This document shows positions 1-14,258 of a DNA stretch of 64,000 nt, one piece after another. The stretch lies in the NCBI RefSeq assembly GCF_009914755.1, contig NC_060929.1. One strand, given 5' to 3'. Position 1 is the stretch's first letter. The number at the start of each line of letters is the position of its first letter. A program made the position numbers and the translations under genes. The stretch is from the human T2T-CHM13v2.0 reference genome, Homo sapiens. Under the pieces are notes generated by a model. It made no database searches. It was not told where the DNA came from and saw only the letters and a program-made list of their open reading frames with translations.

Positions 1-110
1 AAATTCAATTAGAATGTAGAACTCCCAGGGTAAGATAATAATGCCTACAACACTGCCTGGCAAAGAACAGTCAAGAAATATTTGTTGACTGACAGAATGA
101 AAGAGTGAAT
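1..110 (+). mobile_element. L2 LINE 3' end fragment
   Basis: ...tgcctggca...aaatatttgttgactgacagaatgaa is typical of L2 3' termini. Confidence 0.55.
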
Positions 111-589
111 AATTTCCCCCCTAGAATAACATTATGTCTGCTTAATACTTATATTTAAATTATATTCATAGCTGCTTCTTCCTTCATAACCAAGAAACTC
201 ATGCCCCTCTTGTGACTACCCACTAATACTCAGAAATATGACACACATTTTCAAATAAGTCTGATATACTTAGGTAGGCCACTGTGTTCTTGCTCTCCCC
301 CAGGGTGAAGTGAGCTGCTGTTTTCCTTGCTAACCCTGACTAGTTCACATCAAACTCCCTGTGCTGCTGCGTGTTGCTCTGTTTTGTCTACCACAAGCAT
401 TTATTGCTCACTGCCAACTGCTGTGTTGTTCTGCCCAAACCACTTACTTGTTGTGTACTGACTTAAACATTTGCTCACAGGCACTTTAGTTCCTGGTGCT
501 GTAGCTATTCTGTAAAATAGCAAAATAGCACTCTCTTCTGTCTTCAACCCTGGTAGAAACTATCACAACATAGGAAACTCAGCCTCATT

Positions 590-1080
590 TAGCTTTTCAC
601 TTTACCAAGAACAGAACCCCAAATCTTTCTATGGTTTACAAGACCCATTGGGATTTGGCTGGCTCCTAGACATCTTCTAACATTATTTTTGTTCTTCTCT
701 CTCACTCCACTCCAGCCACACCAGCCAATATTGCACTTGCTGTTTCTTCCTTCTGGATTATTCTTTTTCCAGATATTAGCATAACTTCTTCCTTCATTTC
801 CTTGAGTTTTCTGATTAAATGTCATCTTTTTGGGGATGGCATATAGGAACTATTCTATTTTTGAAAGATCTGCTTGACCCAGGTTACAGTATTCTGTTTC
901 CTTGCTTTAAATTTTGTAACATAGTTTGTGCTGCTTGACATATTTTATAGCTGTTTAATTTGTTTATGTTCTATTTTTTTCTGAGAAAAACAGACAACTA
1001 TGAGGAAAAGACTTTGTTTTATTATCAATATATTTGCCATTAGATCAAAGCATATAAGAATAGCTACTCGAGACAGAAAA
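590..1080 (+). mobile_element. degenerate L2 fragment
   Basis: ctcactccactccagccacacc...aaatgtcatc motifs of the L2 3' region. Confidence 0.45.
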
Positions 1081-1084
1081 CATG

Positions 1085-1177
1085 AAAGGAAGAAATGAAG
1101 GAGGGAGGGAAGCAAAGAAGGAGCGAGAGAAGGAAGGAAGGAAAGAAGGAAGGAAGGGAGGGAGGGAGGGAGGGAAG
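1085..1177 (+). repeat. (GGAA)n/(GGGA)n purine-rich simple repeat
   Basis: directly visible. Confidence 0.9.
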
Positions 1178-4100
1178 ATATATAAATAGATTGATACTAT
1201 TTAATACATCCTAATCTCAAGAAAACAAGTGGAGGCAAATTGATCCTGTGGTATGGGAAGGGGTGTTATACCTTGCACATGCAATACTCTACCAAATCTT
1301 TTTCAGTCCAGCCTGGACACCATATACTTAAAACTGAACAACAACTCTTGTGATACGATTAATATGCTTGAAATATTTTTATTTTATCACTGACATGTGG
1401 ATTAAGAAATTAAAATAATTAAGAAAAATCTTCTTTAAATGAAATATTTGGAATAGAAAGCTAGAATCTCAGGTTCCCCGAGTCTGGTAACTGTTTATTA
1501 TGGCTATGGATGCAGTAAAGCTCTAGCTCTTGATTTATTAATTAATGGAGTGCTCAATATATGTTTCTCAACAATAGGTAACATGAGAATTGAAGAAGAC
1601 AGGAGACATTAACTTTAAGAAAACCCTTAATGCTCAACAAATTCTGCAAGGTTAATGTATGCTGTTTTACAGGAATATCACAACTAAAATATTTTAATAT
1701 TATTTTTTCCCTTGCAACAATAAAGAATTCTCATGCAAAGTCTTTATTTAACTTGTCTGTTGTTTGTCTGTTGTGTCCTTTTAACTTTATTTATGTATTT
1801 TATCTAGGCTTGATCTGTCAGACATAAGCTGTTTGATAATTTATCATATTATTATTGAAGCAAGTTGTCAAACCAGTTAAATTCATGTGAAAAGGAATTC
1901 AAATTAGGGCAACAAATCTTCAAAGTCCAGCTGAACTGCTAAAGTAGACAAATTCCTTTTCTTCTGTTTTCCCCAGATGCTTTTTACATTCACTGATTTT
2001 TCTTCCCTTTTGTAAATGGAGGAGAAAGGAAGAATTCTGTTAAGGCAGGAGTCTGAGACAAGATACCAACATATCTAGAGGCAAAGCCAGCATTTCTGTT
2101 CTCAACCATAAGAACATACGAAATTATGTTTGATTAATTTCAGGAGGTGGAAACTGAGGGCCTGCTGGCTCTAAATCTGGCTTGCTGAAGCTTTTTCCTT
2201 TGGAACACATTGTTTTTTAAAAGCAATAATTATATAAAATGATATATAAGTATATATATTAAATAATATAAAACGTGCATATGCATATCTATTTGTACAT
2301 ATAGATGCATCTATAGGTATGTGTATATATATGTAAGGTAGTTACCATATATAAAATATAATGGCATTTACAATAAAAAACATCTGAATATTCAGCTGTT
2401 CTTGATGACTCTAGGTATCATTAGGCATACATTTCCACATGATAATCATTAGATAAAACTGAGAAGTAGGCACATTCCTTGGACAGAGTATGCTTTACCA
2501 ATTCACCAAAGTCATGGGCTGCCTTTTATCTTACATTTGGTCTAATTCATACATCTATATTATGAGAATGGCTTCTGTAGGCATGTCAGTTTGCTATCAA
2601 TTTTTAATCAGTTTGATTAGGCTAGAGAATATTTGGGTAACAGCTTTTGGTTGAATTGGTAGTTTTCTTCAAGAGCTAGTTTAACTTGATAGCCCCAATT
2701 TGTCATGTACCTAACTTTTTCTATATCCAGTACAATTTATATATTAAATAGCATTTTTAGAGAATTAAGTTTTCTTGTTATGCTTGACACATAGTTACAG
2801 GGGAATTTTGCCTTCGAAAGTTGGTGTAAGATTTTTCTTTCCCATCATGTTAAATGAAACATGATAGACAATATTAAATTGTTTTTTGATAACCAGGAGT
2901 TTTTAGATAACCATAATATATTCAATTGTAGTATGCTACGAAGAGGCATATACAGGGCACTGGATTGGACTGAACCTGCATTAATTCCATAGCCAAGAAT
3001 TATTTTGGCTAACATAAATTTTAGAATAACTATCAGGTACTTTCTCCATTTTTCTTGCTATTTGAACTTTTGTACATCAAATTTTAGGAAAGTAAATGAA
3101 AAAATACATTATCTAAAGGTTTTGATTAGTTCTATTTTAATGACATGGAAGGTGAGTCACAGGTGTTTGGTTGGTTGTTTATTTCATACAGATTTAACTC
3201 TCCTCTCCAACAGGTTTTCCTAAGTCCCCTAAGTAAATGTAATTTTACAATTAAAAGATTTATAGAAAAAAGATGCGTTAACTCATCCATTATCTCTATA
3301 TAGATAAGCATTTTTAGGAAAGTGTAGGCTTAATTTTCCATAAGTTTTTTGCAATGAGAATAATCAGCAATGAAATAAACTAGCAAATACAACACATTTA
3401 TGTTAGGGCTGACATTACTTTTGGTGAATTGTGAAATATGCAACTTCTGACTTTCTTCCCTCAAGTTAAAACATAATTTAATATTTTTCTCTAATTGTGT
3501 TCCAAATAGAAACTGACAAATAGTTAATTTAATCTAGAAGGCTATTTTGTTACAATTTTAAAGATTTTTCTTATTACTGGTAATAAAGACAAATAGAATC
3601 AATATTTATAAAACAAAACGTCTATGGTTTATGAAAGAAAAGCCACACATTTCTAAGTTTTTCAGTCAAGGATTTCATCATCCTGATCTGCCATAATGAG
3701 TAATACAAAGTTATGAACCCAAAGCAGCTACACATAAGAAATGTACTACACAGAGAAATGTGTTGCAAAGCAAGGAGCTTTTGTTTTCTATTTGCATAAT
3801 TTAAAAGATTAACTGTAAAAATAATAAAATCTCTTGTTCAATTCATCATAATTTCATCCTTTCTGCTACACTTTTGGCAGGTTTTTATAATATGAAGGTG
3901 TACTTTACTGCTTTCTTAATATCTAAATGCTCTGTCAAATAATCAAGTGAGTTCAGTAAGAGGCTATTAAAAACAAAGTTAATTACTAATCTGTCACAGT
4001 CTTTATTTAAATGAATTTATAAATGAATTTAAATTAGTTTTGAAAGCATCATTTCAGAATATAAGCAGACAGCCAGTGAGTATTTACATTTCAAAGAAGT

Positions 4101-4537
4101 ATCTACTAGTTAGAAAATAATTGCCTGAGGAATCAAAATATCTTAGTATTTGGCACCAAAATTCAACTATTTTTAATAAAAATATTATTGTTTAGAATTT
4201 TTATGTAGTTAAAATGAGCAGTATTTCAATTATGTCGTATATTGAAGTTATAGTCACAAAAACCCTTAGTATGCTTTACATCTTTGGCTGAGCCTTGTCT
4301 GATTCTTGTACTTGTCCTTATCCTTGTTTTTTTCTGAATCTCTTATGGGATCTTATGTTTGTCATATGAAATCCATTCTCTTAGGCTAAGTTCATCTTCT
4401 TATATAACAAGATATTCTTAAATATGAATCTATAACCCAGCATACTAGCCACTTCTTTTTTGCTTTTTGTTGGCTGCATCTTTGGTGACTTCAACCAGGT
4501 TATTATTTTTACTTTATTCTTTTCTTTTTTTCTTTTT

Positions 4538-4638
4538 CTTTCTTTTATTATTATTATTATTATACTTTAAGATTTAGGGTACATGTGCACAATGTGCAGG
4601 TTAGCTACATGTGCCATGCTGGTGTGCTGCACCCATTA
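4538..4638 (-). mobile_element. L1PA 3' terminal fragment plus A-rich tail (non-inverted part of a twin-primed insertion)
   Basis: ttattatactttaag..ttagggtacatgtgcacaatgtgcagg...gctgcacccatta = reverse complement of the L1PA 3' end. Confidence 0.9.
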
Positions 4639-6988
4639 GGGGAGGAGCCAAGATGGCCGAATAGGAACAGCTCCAGTCTACAAGCTCCCAGCCTGAGCAA
4701 TGCAGAAGACAGATAATTTCTGCATTTCCATCTGAGGTACCAGGTTCATCTCACTAGGGAGTGCCAGACAGTGGGCGCAGGACAGTGGGTGCAGCGCACC
4801 GTGCGTGAGCCGAAACAGGGCGAGGCATTGCCTCACTTGGGAAGTGCAAGGGGTCAGGGAGTTCCCTTTCCTAGTCAAAGAAAGGGGTGACAGATGGCAC
4901 CTGGAAAATCGGGTCACTCCCACCCGAATACTGCGCTTTTCTGACGGGCTTAGAAAACGGCGCACCAGGAGATTATATCCCGCACCTGGCTCGGAGGGTC
5001 CTACGCCCAGGTAGTCTCACTGATTGCTAGCACAGCAGTATGAGATCAAACTGCAAGGCGGCAGTGAGGCTAGGGGAGGGGCACCTGCCATTGCCCAGGC
5101 TTGCTTAGGTCAACAAAGCAGCCCCCAGGCTTGAACTGGGTGGAGCCCACCACAGCTCAAGGAGGCCTGCCTGCCTCTGTAGGCTCCACCTCTGGGGGCA
5201 GGGCACAGACAAACAAAAAGACAGTAGTAACCTCTGCAGACCTAAATGTCCCTGTCTGACAGCTTTGAAGAGAGCAGTGGTTCTCCCAGCATGCAGCTGG
5301 AGATCTGAGAATGGGCAGACTGCCTCCTCAAGTGGGTCCCTGACCCCTGACACCCGAGCAGCCTAACTGGGAGGCACCCCCCAGTAGGGGCAGACTGACA
5401 CCTCACATGGCCGGGTACTCCTCTGAGACAAAACTTCCAGAGGAAGGATCAGACAGCAGCATTCACGGTTCATGAAAATCCACTGTTCTGCAGACACCGC
5501 TGCTGATACCCAGGCAAACAGGGTCTGGAGTGGCCCTCTAGCAAACTCCAACAGACCTGCAGCTGAGGGTCCTGTCTGTTAGAAGGAAAACTAACAAACA
5601 CAAAGGACATGCACACCAAAAACCCATCTGTACATCACCATCATCAAAGAACAAAAGTAGATAAAACCACAAAGATGGGGAAAAAACAGAGCAGAAAAAC
5701 TGGAAACTCTAAAAAGCAGAGCATCTCTCCTCCTCCAAAGGAACGCAGTTCCTCACCAGCAACAGAACAAAGCTGGACAGAGAATGACTTTGATGAGTTG
5801 AGAGAATAAGGCTTCAGATGATCAAACTACTCTGAGCTACAGGAGGAAATTCAAACCAAAGGCAAAGAAGTTGAAAACTTTGAAAAAAATTTAGACGAAT
5901 GTATAACTAGAATAACCAATACAGAGAAGTGCTTAAAGGAGCTGATGGAGCTGAAAGCCAAGGCTCGAGAACTATGTGAAGAATGCAGAAGCCTCAGGAG
6001 CCAATGCGATCAACTGGAAGAAAGGGTATGAGTGACGGAAGATCAAATGAATGAAATGAAGCAAGAAGGGAAGTTTAGACATGAAGAATAAAAAGAAACG
6101 AACAAAGCCTCCAAGAAATATGGGACTATGTGAAAAGACCAAATCTACATCTGATTGGTGTACCTGAAAGTGACGGGGAGAATGGAACCAAGTTGGAAAA
6201 CACTCTGCAGGATATTATCCAGGAGAACTTCCCCAATCTAGCAAGGCAGGCCAACATTCAGATTCAGGAAATACAGAGAACGCCACAAAGATACTCCTCG
6301 AGAAGAGCAACTCTAAGACATATAATTGTCAGATTCACCAAAGTTGAAATGAAGGAAAAAATGTTAAGGGCAGCCAGAGAGAAAGGTCCGGTTACCCTCA
6401 AAGGGAAGCCCATCAGACTAACAGTGGATCTCTCAGCAGAAACTCTACAAGTCAGAAGAGAGTGGGGGCCAATATTCAACATTCTTAAAGAAAAGAATTT
6501 TCAACCCAGAATTTCATATCCAGCCAAACTAAGCTTCATAAGTGAAGGAGAAATAAAATCCTTTACAGACAAGCAAATGCTGAGAGATTTTGTCACCACC
6601 AGGCCTGCCCTAAAAGAGCTCCTGAAGGAAGCACTAAACATGGAAAGGAACAACTGGTACCAGCCGCTGCAAAATCATTCCAAAATGTAAAGACCATCGA
6701 GACTAGGAAGAAACTGCATCAACTAACGAGCAAAATAACCAGCTAACATCATAATGACAGGATCAAATTCACACATAACAATATTAACTTTAAATGTAAA
6801 TGGACTTAACGCTCCAATTAAAAGACAGACTGGCAAATTGGATAAAGAGTCAAGACCCATCAGTGTGCTGTATTCAGGAAACCCATCTCACGTGCAGAGA
6901 CACACATATGCTCAAAATAAAAGGATGGAGGAAGGTCTACCAAGCAAATGGAAAACAAAAAAAGGCAGGGGTTGCAATCCTAGTCTCT
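4639..6988 (+). mobile_element. L1PA4/older L1PA3-like 5' part (full 5'UTR, ORF1, start of ORF2); inverted segment of the same insertion
   Basis: Begins GGGGAGGAGCCAAGATGGCCGAATAGG (YY1 site); ORF1 ATG 5675 and ORF2 ATG 6754; breaks at ...ATCCTAGTCTCT; retains the ~128-bp 5'UTR segment (5422-5549). Confidence 0.93.
5675..6690 (+). pseudogene. disrupted L1 ORF1p
   Basis: MGKKQSRKTGNSK... with premature TAA at 5807-5809 and further lesions; C-terminal 186 aa open (6130-6690). Confidence 0.9.
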
Positions 6989-7296
<308 letters not shown>

Positions 7297-8575
7297 TAAT
7301 ATGTTGAAAATAACTCCGATCTGAAGACAGGATCCTAAAGATGTCCTCTTACATATCTTCATCTTTGTTGATCTCAATTTATCAATCTGTACTTTAGGAT
7401 CTGGGGAGAGAAAACATTCGCTCAACCTGTTATTAACTTAACTCAGTTCTATAGTGTGTTAGTCCAAATATTTCATATCAGAAAGCACCTTGTAGAAACA
7501 TTTGTATAAGTACATATGCTAGTCCTAAGGTTCACCTCAAAAAGGGGGAGGTGTTTGGTATATGTCCTTAGCAAGGTTTGCAACAAGATTTTTCCCCTCA
7601 TAATATCATATGTATATATTTTATGATATATATATATATATGAGACAGAGAAAGAAAGGCTAATCTGTTATGACTTGTTTCATTAAACTAGAGCTTTCTC
7701 TGACCACGCAACACAAAAGAGAACATTTTTTGATTCACTGCTATATGTTTTTTATAAATTACAAAGATATTATGGTAAATTCCAAACTTTTCCTACATAA
7801 GTTTTATAATTACCAAATTATAATGATAATTATCTCATATATAATTTATTTTATAATTTGGTACAGAATCTCACTTTGTAAATTCATACATCATTTTCAT
7901 ATTCCATGGAAAAACAGTTCTTTCATCATTTTAATTGCTTATTAAAGATCCTGTGCAATCAGTCCATCATTTTTCTCTAATATATGACCATCTTAAGGTG
8001 CAATTCACATAAGCCAGGGGATTGAGCTCATTTGGAATACCAAAGTATTGTCTCGGAGTTCAATTTCTCTGGACTTTATTCCAGTTTATTCAGTTTAAAA
8101 TATTTCACCTTGACAGAAGACATTATTAAACAAGAAGAAAAGTATTCCACTAACATTCTGTCATTTATGTGGATCCCAAATGGAGGGTTTATTCACTTCC
8201 TGGTCCTTGCTCCAAGTATTACTAAATGCCATTAATGTTTCTCTCATTCTAAATGTTCTTTGAAACTAACATTTTGTCTAGTATTCTGCAGGTGGTAGCA
8301 AAATAAAAACAAAGTTTTACATTCAAATACTATTGGTTTCTTTAGCCACGTTTATGCATTATTAACTTTTTCTTTTTCTGCCATTGTTCTGTTAATATTT
8401 CTAGGTATACAGTACATCTGCTTGTACTCTCAGCTACCTGAAATTATTCTATTTTTGAAATGACAGGAATATATACCAATACATTGATAGGGAATATCAA
8501 CTCTAACTCACACACAAATACAACTATTAATAATAGCTTTTGTGTACTGACTTGAGAAGTATAATAAAAATTGTT

Positions 8576-9070
<495 letters not shown>

Positions 9071-9579
9071 CACTTCTCATATTTTGTTTAACTTTACTTG
9101 CATGCTTCTTATCAGATTTTGATCACTTAACTCTAACCAACAAATTCAGTTTTTGTTGAAGTAGATTCTCATCATTTCTTCTATGCTTTTTACTGTCAAC
9201 TAGGCATGCCAAGAGCTCATCAGTCGTCTGCTTTAAGGAGATTAGATGTCCCATCTCTTTTCCAGTTCTAAGGTGTGCCCTAAACCTGCCTCCATTTTAC
9301 TACTTTTGGACCTTCTAGTATGCTGTTAATAACACTTCTTCATTAATGTTTCTTTTTTTTTTCTTTATACCGCTTTATTTCAACCTTCCCAGCATGCTAG
9401 ATTTCCATGTAGTGTGTACCCATATGACACCTGGTCTTCTCCAGTTAGGTCAATTTCTTTCTTAAAAAATGTATCTCAATAATAAATTCTAGCCCCCAAA
9501 ATTTTATGATTTCCTTTAGAATATGTATCATTCTGCCATACCTATGCATAAGAATATTGAAATTGTAAGAACATAAGTT

Positions 9580-9874
9580 GGTTTTTTTTCTTTTTTTGAG
9601 ACGGAGTCTCACACTCTGTCCCCCAGGCTGGAGTGCGGTGATCTCGGCTCACTGCAAGCTCTGCCTCCAGGGTTCACGCCATTCTCCCGCCTCAGCCTCC
9701 CGAGTACGTGGGACTGCAGGTGCCTGCCACCACGTCCGGCTAATTTTTGTATTTTTAGAAGAGACGAGGTTTCACCATGTTAGCCAGGATGGTCTCAATC
9801 TCCTGACCTCGTGATACGCCTGCCTCGGCCTCCCAAAATGCTGGGATTACAGGCGTGAGCCACCGCGCCCAGCC
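9580..9874 (-). mobile_element. AluY
   Basis: Diagnostic ctgcaagctc, ttcacgccattc, tagccaggatggtctc; TSD gaacataagtt at 9569-9579 and 9875-9885. Confidence 0.92.
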
Positions 9875-12061
9875 GAACATAAGTTTTATTTGTGGTTATC
9901 TTTCAAAGTGTTGCCTCAAGAGAGGTTTTGATAAGCTTCATATTATTTCTGTTTATTTCAGTAGCTAACTTATCAACTGATTAAAGATAAACTCCCATTT
10001 TTAAATAAAAACAATGAAACTGAAGCAAAGTTTGATTTTACCCAATCATCTGGACCTTAATATATCAGTATATGATTTCTATATTCATACATTGATGGAA
10101 AATAGAAGGTAGTACAAGTAAGGAGACTGTGGTCTTAGTTCCAGTTCTGTCACCAGCTTTCTGATTGAGTTTTATAGATAATTTGAATGTCTCTTTCCTA
10201 ATTCATAATTTATTCACAATCTTGGTGATTATATATAAAGTACTTTTAAAAAGTGTTTTTGACACTATGATTAATGAGTTATTTATTAATCAATACAGAC
10301 AATTTGCTTCACATGGTTGTGAACAGATACCACAAAACTGCTAGACAAATAAATAAGCAAAATAAATAATAATGAATTGCAGGTACTAAATATTAGATAT
10401 GTGGGAGCAGTTCCTGTATAGGAATTATTGTAATAGTAGTTGGTAGAATTACATCCATAAACTTATATTGTTTACTTCCTGGACAAGAAATAAAAGATCT
10501 TAATAAGAATGTAGCTCAGGAAAATAAATAGTGTTAGGATCTCAAACAACACATGGTTATGATAAAGGTTATAAGTTTTATCTCCTTTGCAAGAAATAGG
10601 GCAGGCTTCAGTACCACCTAGTGACAATGGTGAATGGTCTCAATGGCAAAAAACAGCCTGGAGGAGAAAAGACAATCTGCTTTTATTGTATTAGCTATTT
10701 GGCTTCTATCTCCTACTTCTATTCCTTTTTTCATTCTTCTGTAAGATAATGTGTTTATCCTACTTTTGGTTTCTTCAAATTTTGCAATAATTTAATTCCT
10801 GTACAACACTAAATCACCATGGAAATTACCCTGTTCATACAATGAATTTGAATACAAATTAAATGATCGAGAATTACATTCAAAAACTTTAGAGCATGAC
10901 AGTCTCATAAATATTTGTATATAAACTGTCTCTACATCTCTCATTTATAGGGTTTCTATTTTAACATGATCCTTTGTATAAAAATCTGTATTTATTTACA
11001 TTTCTTTTTAATATTTTTCAAAAGAGCTACTTATTAAAAAGTTCTGATCTCTTGGTATAATCAGAACAGAAAAATATAGAGAAATAATAACACTGATGAA
11101 TGTAAGGGAAAGGTGCCCCTCAGGAGAATGATTTCCATTAAATGTTACAGATTACTACATTTTGGTTTGATTTGCCTAATATTTACTGATTTCAGGCACA
11201 TGGTAAATTTCTTTTCTCTTCTTTTTCCTTAAGAATTGATAACTCAGTCGAGGACAGAATTACAAAAGTTGTAGACTAAATGTAATCATAAATAAATGGC
11301 ACATTAATGCTTACTTTTAGCTTGGGAGCAATGGGGAGATAATAATGCCCACCATGGAAATGATACCTTTTTCTATTATATTATAATTTCATTGAACTCA
11401 GTAAAAATCTTTTTTTAAAAAAAGTGAATAAATAGCTGACCTTAGGAAAAACACAACATCAATTAAAAAAATCTGAAAAGTCACCTAAAGGCCAAAAACA
11501 TAGTTTCTGGAAAATTAAGAAGGTCAAATTCAATTATATCCACATTTGGTATGTAGTTAAAATTCAACATATTTCCACTAGAAGCCCTTCCCCATGTTGT
11601 AGGAATCAGGATTTTAGATTATCACATTGATCACAGTAGCAAAGGGTAGCACACAGTGATCTCTAAATACACATCATTTGCTTTGATGGACATTATAAGT
11701 AGATATTATAAATAATATTCATTCTATATTTAGAATATAATTAGAGACCATTTTAATTGACTTTATGATATGCTCAAGAAAACGCTATTGGAGTATAGAG
11801 AATGGATTGTGATTCACTGCTATATGTTTTTTGTAAAATACAAAGATATGGTAAATTCCAAACTTTCCCTACACAATTTTTATCATTACCAAGCTTATGC
11901 ATGAGAATAAATGATAACAGTCCACAGCTAGGTGTGCCTATTTCTCTATGCATGAAATATGAGATACTGGATGTAGAACAGAGACAGGTATTGATTAACT
12001 CTTATTTGGATTGGAGCTGTGTTTCTGAGGCACCTAGCTGGTAAATACTAGAAGGGTATTT

Positions 12062-12342
12062 AGTTTTTTTTTTTTGTTTTTTTTTTTAGGTTCCAGGGTA
12101 CATATGCAGGTTTGCTATACAGGAAAATTGCAAGTCACAGGGGTTTGATATAGAGATTTTTTTTTTGTCACGCAGGTAGTAAGTATAGTACCCAGAATAA
12201 ATTACATCTCTAAAAACAGCAAACACTTCTAAAAAATGATGGGGTATATAAGATAGTAAGATAGAACCCAATAGGTAGTTTTCCTATCCTCTCCCTCTCC
12301 CACCCTCCACCCTCAAGTAGGCCTCACTGTCTGTTGTTCCCT
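12062..12342 (-). mobile_element. 5'-truncated old L1 (L1PA/L1PB-type) 3' end carrying a foreign ~60-bp insert
   Basis: polyT + gggtacatatgcaggtttg...cccaataggtagtttt...ccctccaccctcaagtaggcc; imperfect TSD aagggtattta / aagagtattta. Confidence 0.8.
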
Positions 12343-14224
12343 AAAAGAGTATTTAAATGTTAATCATAATGGCCCTATGTCTAGACCCTCAAAGTTTAAA
12401 GAAAATGGGCCAATTAGTCTATTCTATATTTTAAGATCTCATTTAATAAATTGCTTACAGTGGTTGATACATTATAAGAATATATGTATAAAATAGCTGA
12501 AATAAGTTAAAGGTTTAAAAGCCAAATTCATCATAAAATTTACTCATTACTCCAGAATAAATTACATCTCTAAAAACAACAAACACTTCAAAAAAAATGA
12601 TGGGTTATACAATGGGGTTACGAAATGTTCGTTTTAGGTTTCAAAAAGTGTCCCTCCTATTCTTTCTTATATCCCGCATTTATCACATGGCTTTCTTCAT
12701 GTCACTTCTGATTCTGTCATATATCTCTAGAGTAGCATAATTAGACTGGGGTATAAAGCAGGAGGGATAAAAATGAGATGGAATAGAAAAAGCAAAGTGT
12801 GGAGAGCCTTTCATTATGGGAAGCAACTATATAATCTTGTCTGGAAAATTATCTGAAAATAGGCAACTTAGCTTACATAATTTAAGTCTATATAAGTCTC
12901 TTTTAAACAGAGAATGATAACCTTGAACTCTTTAGAAAGAGAAAGTTCATATGAATTGCCTGACATCCGTATATCCGTAAATTGAATAATACAGTAGAAA
13001 CTATTAGTCTGCTATTCCACTGATTCCCAGATTGAAGACAATGTTACTATTTTATTCCAATCTGCATCAATTCAAAACAACATTTTTATGTGAAACGTAA
13101 ATATATGAGGAGTTCAGAAAAAATAAGATATTATAATTGCCTTTCTTTGCCAGATTCTTTTGAATTTACGACAGTAGTAAAAGGAAAGACCCTAAAACCC
13201 AACACACACATACAAAACACAATGACTTTTCACGTATTTTTCATATACATTCTGAGCTCTTCCAGCAGTGCAGCCAATTCATGGTTGTTTTCTATAAACA
13301 TAAATTGGCAATGGTTTATAAAAGATGAAGTTGTCTGGGGCTCATGAAGTAGAATGGTATGGTGGGTTCATCCTTAATCCAAGGGGAAATATGGATTTTA
13401 TAACCAGCTACCATACTGTCTCTGGCTTTATGCAAATGGAATAACAATTCTGTTTCAGACTCTTTATCTTTAAAATGGTAAATGTATTTTTACTCATTTC
13501 CTTCAAAATAGGTGAGATAATGTGTTATACATACATGAATACTATATTTGTGAATGTCTCAACAACATTTAGAATAGCATGGATATAACGGAGAACTAAG
13601 TCTAGCAAATTAATCATTTTGGAGGAAATATTAGACAGCAAAATACTTTTTTTTCTTCAACTTTATCAGGTGCCACTTGTTAGATAAGGTAATTTCATGA
13701 ATAGTGCTTCTTCTGCTATTTGTTGCTTAAAATTTAAGAGCCAGTCTATGTAAGCGGGAACAAAAACATGTTTGGAACTTAACGGCTTGGTCTTACATTG
13801 CTAAAGCAACTCAAGGTCACCATAGCCAATATACAATCTCATCAATATCCTGTATCCCTCTCGATGATGAAATTATAGTTCGATTTAAAATTTTCTGAAA
13901 TACACATTTTATCTGAAAACAAAATATCAGATTAGAGTTGATTTCCTTATTTTTTTCCTGTAAGAGAATCCACATCTGAGAAGGAAGAACACAGTATGTG
14001 AACCCTTTCCCTTTTGTGATGAGGTCATGTTTCTATCCAATAGAGAGCAGTTGCCAGGCAGACTTTGCTAATTAGGAGAGACAGGACAGCAAAGGAGAAT
14101 CGCAACACTCAGCAGGCTGCTGACCTACTTTATTATTATAACTCATAGGAGCTACGAAGGCATTTTTTTTTCCAGTAGAGCTACAGTGACTTGTCAGCAA
14201 ATTAGTTACCCTTTGTTAGGTCTT

Positions 14225-14258
14225 AAAAAAAAATAAAAAAAAATAAAAAAAAATAAAA
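14225..14258 (+). repeat. (A9T)n A-rich tandem repeat
   Basis: aaaaaaaaataaaaaaaaataaaaaaaaataaaa. Confidence 0.85.

Noticed and set aside
13680-14220. Possible conserved non-coding enhancers (also 24430-24560 and 29850-29960)
   Set aside because: Repeat-free and slightly GC/CpG-richer, but conservation or activity cannot be judged from sequence alone.
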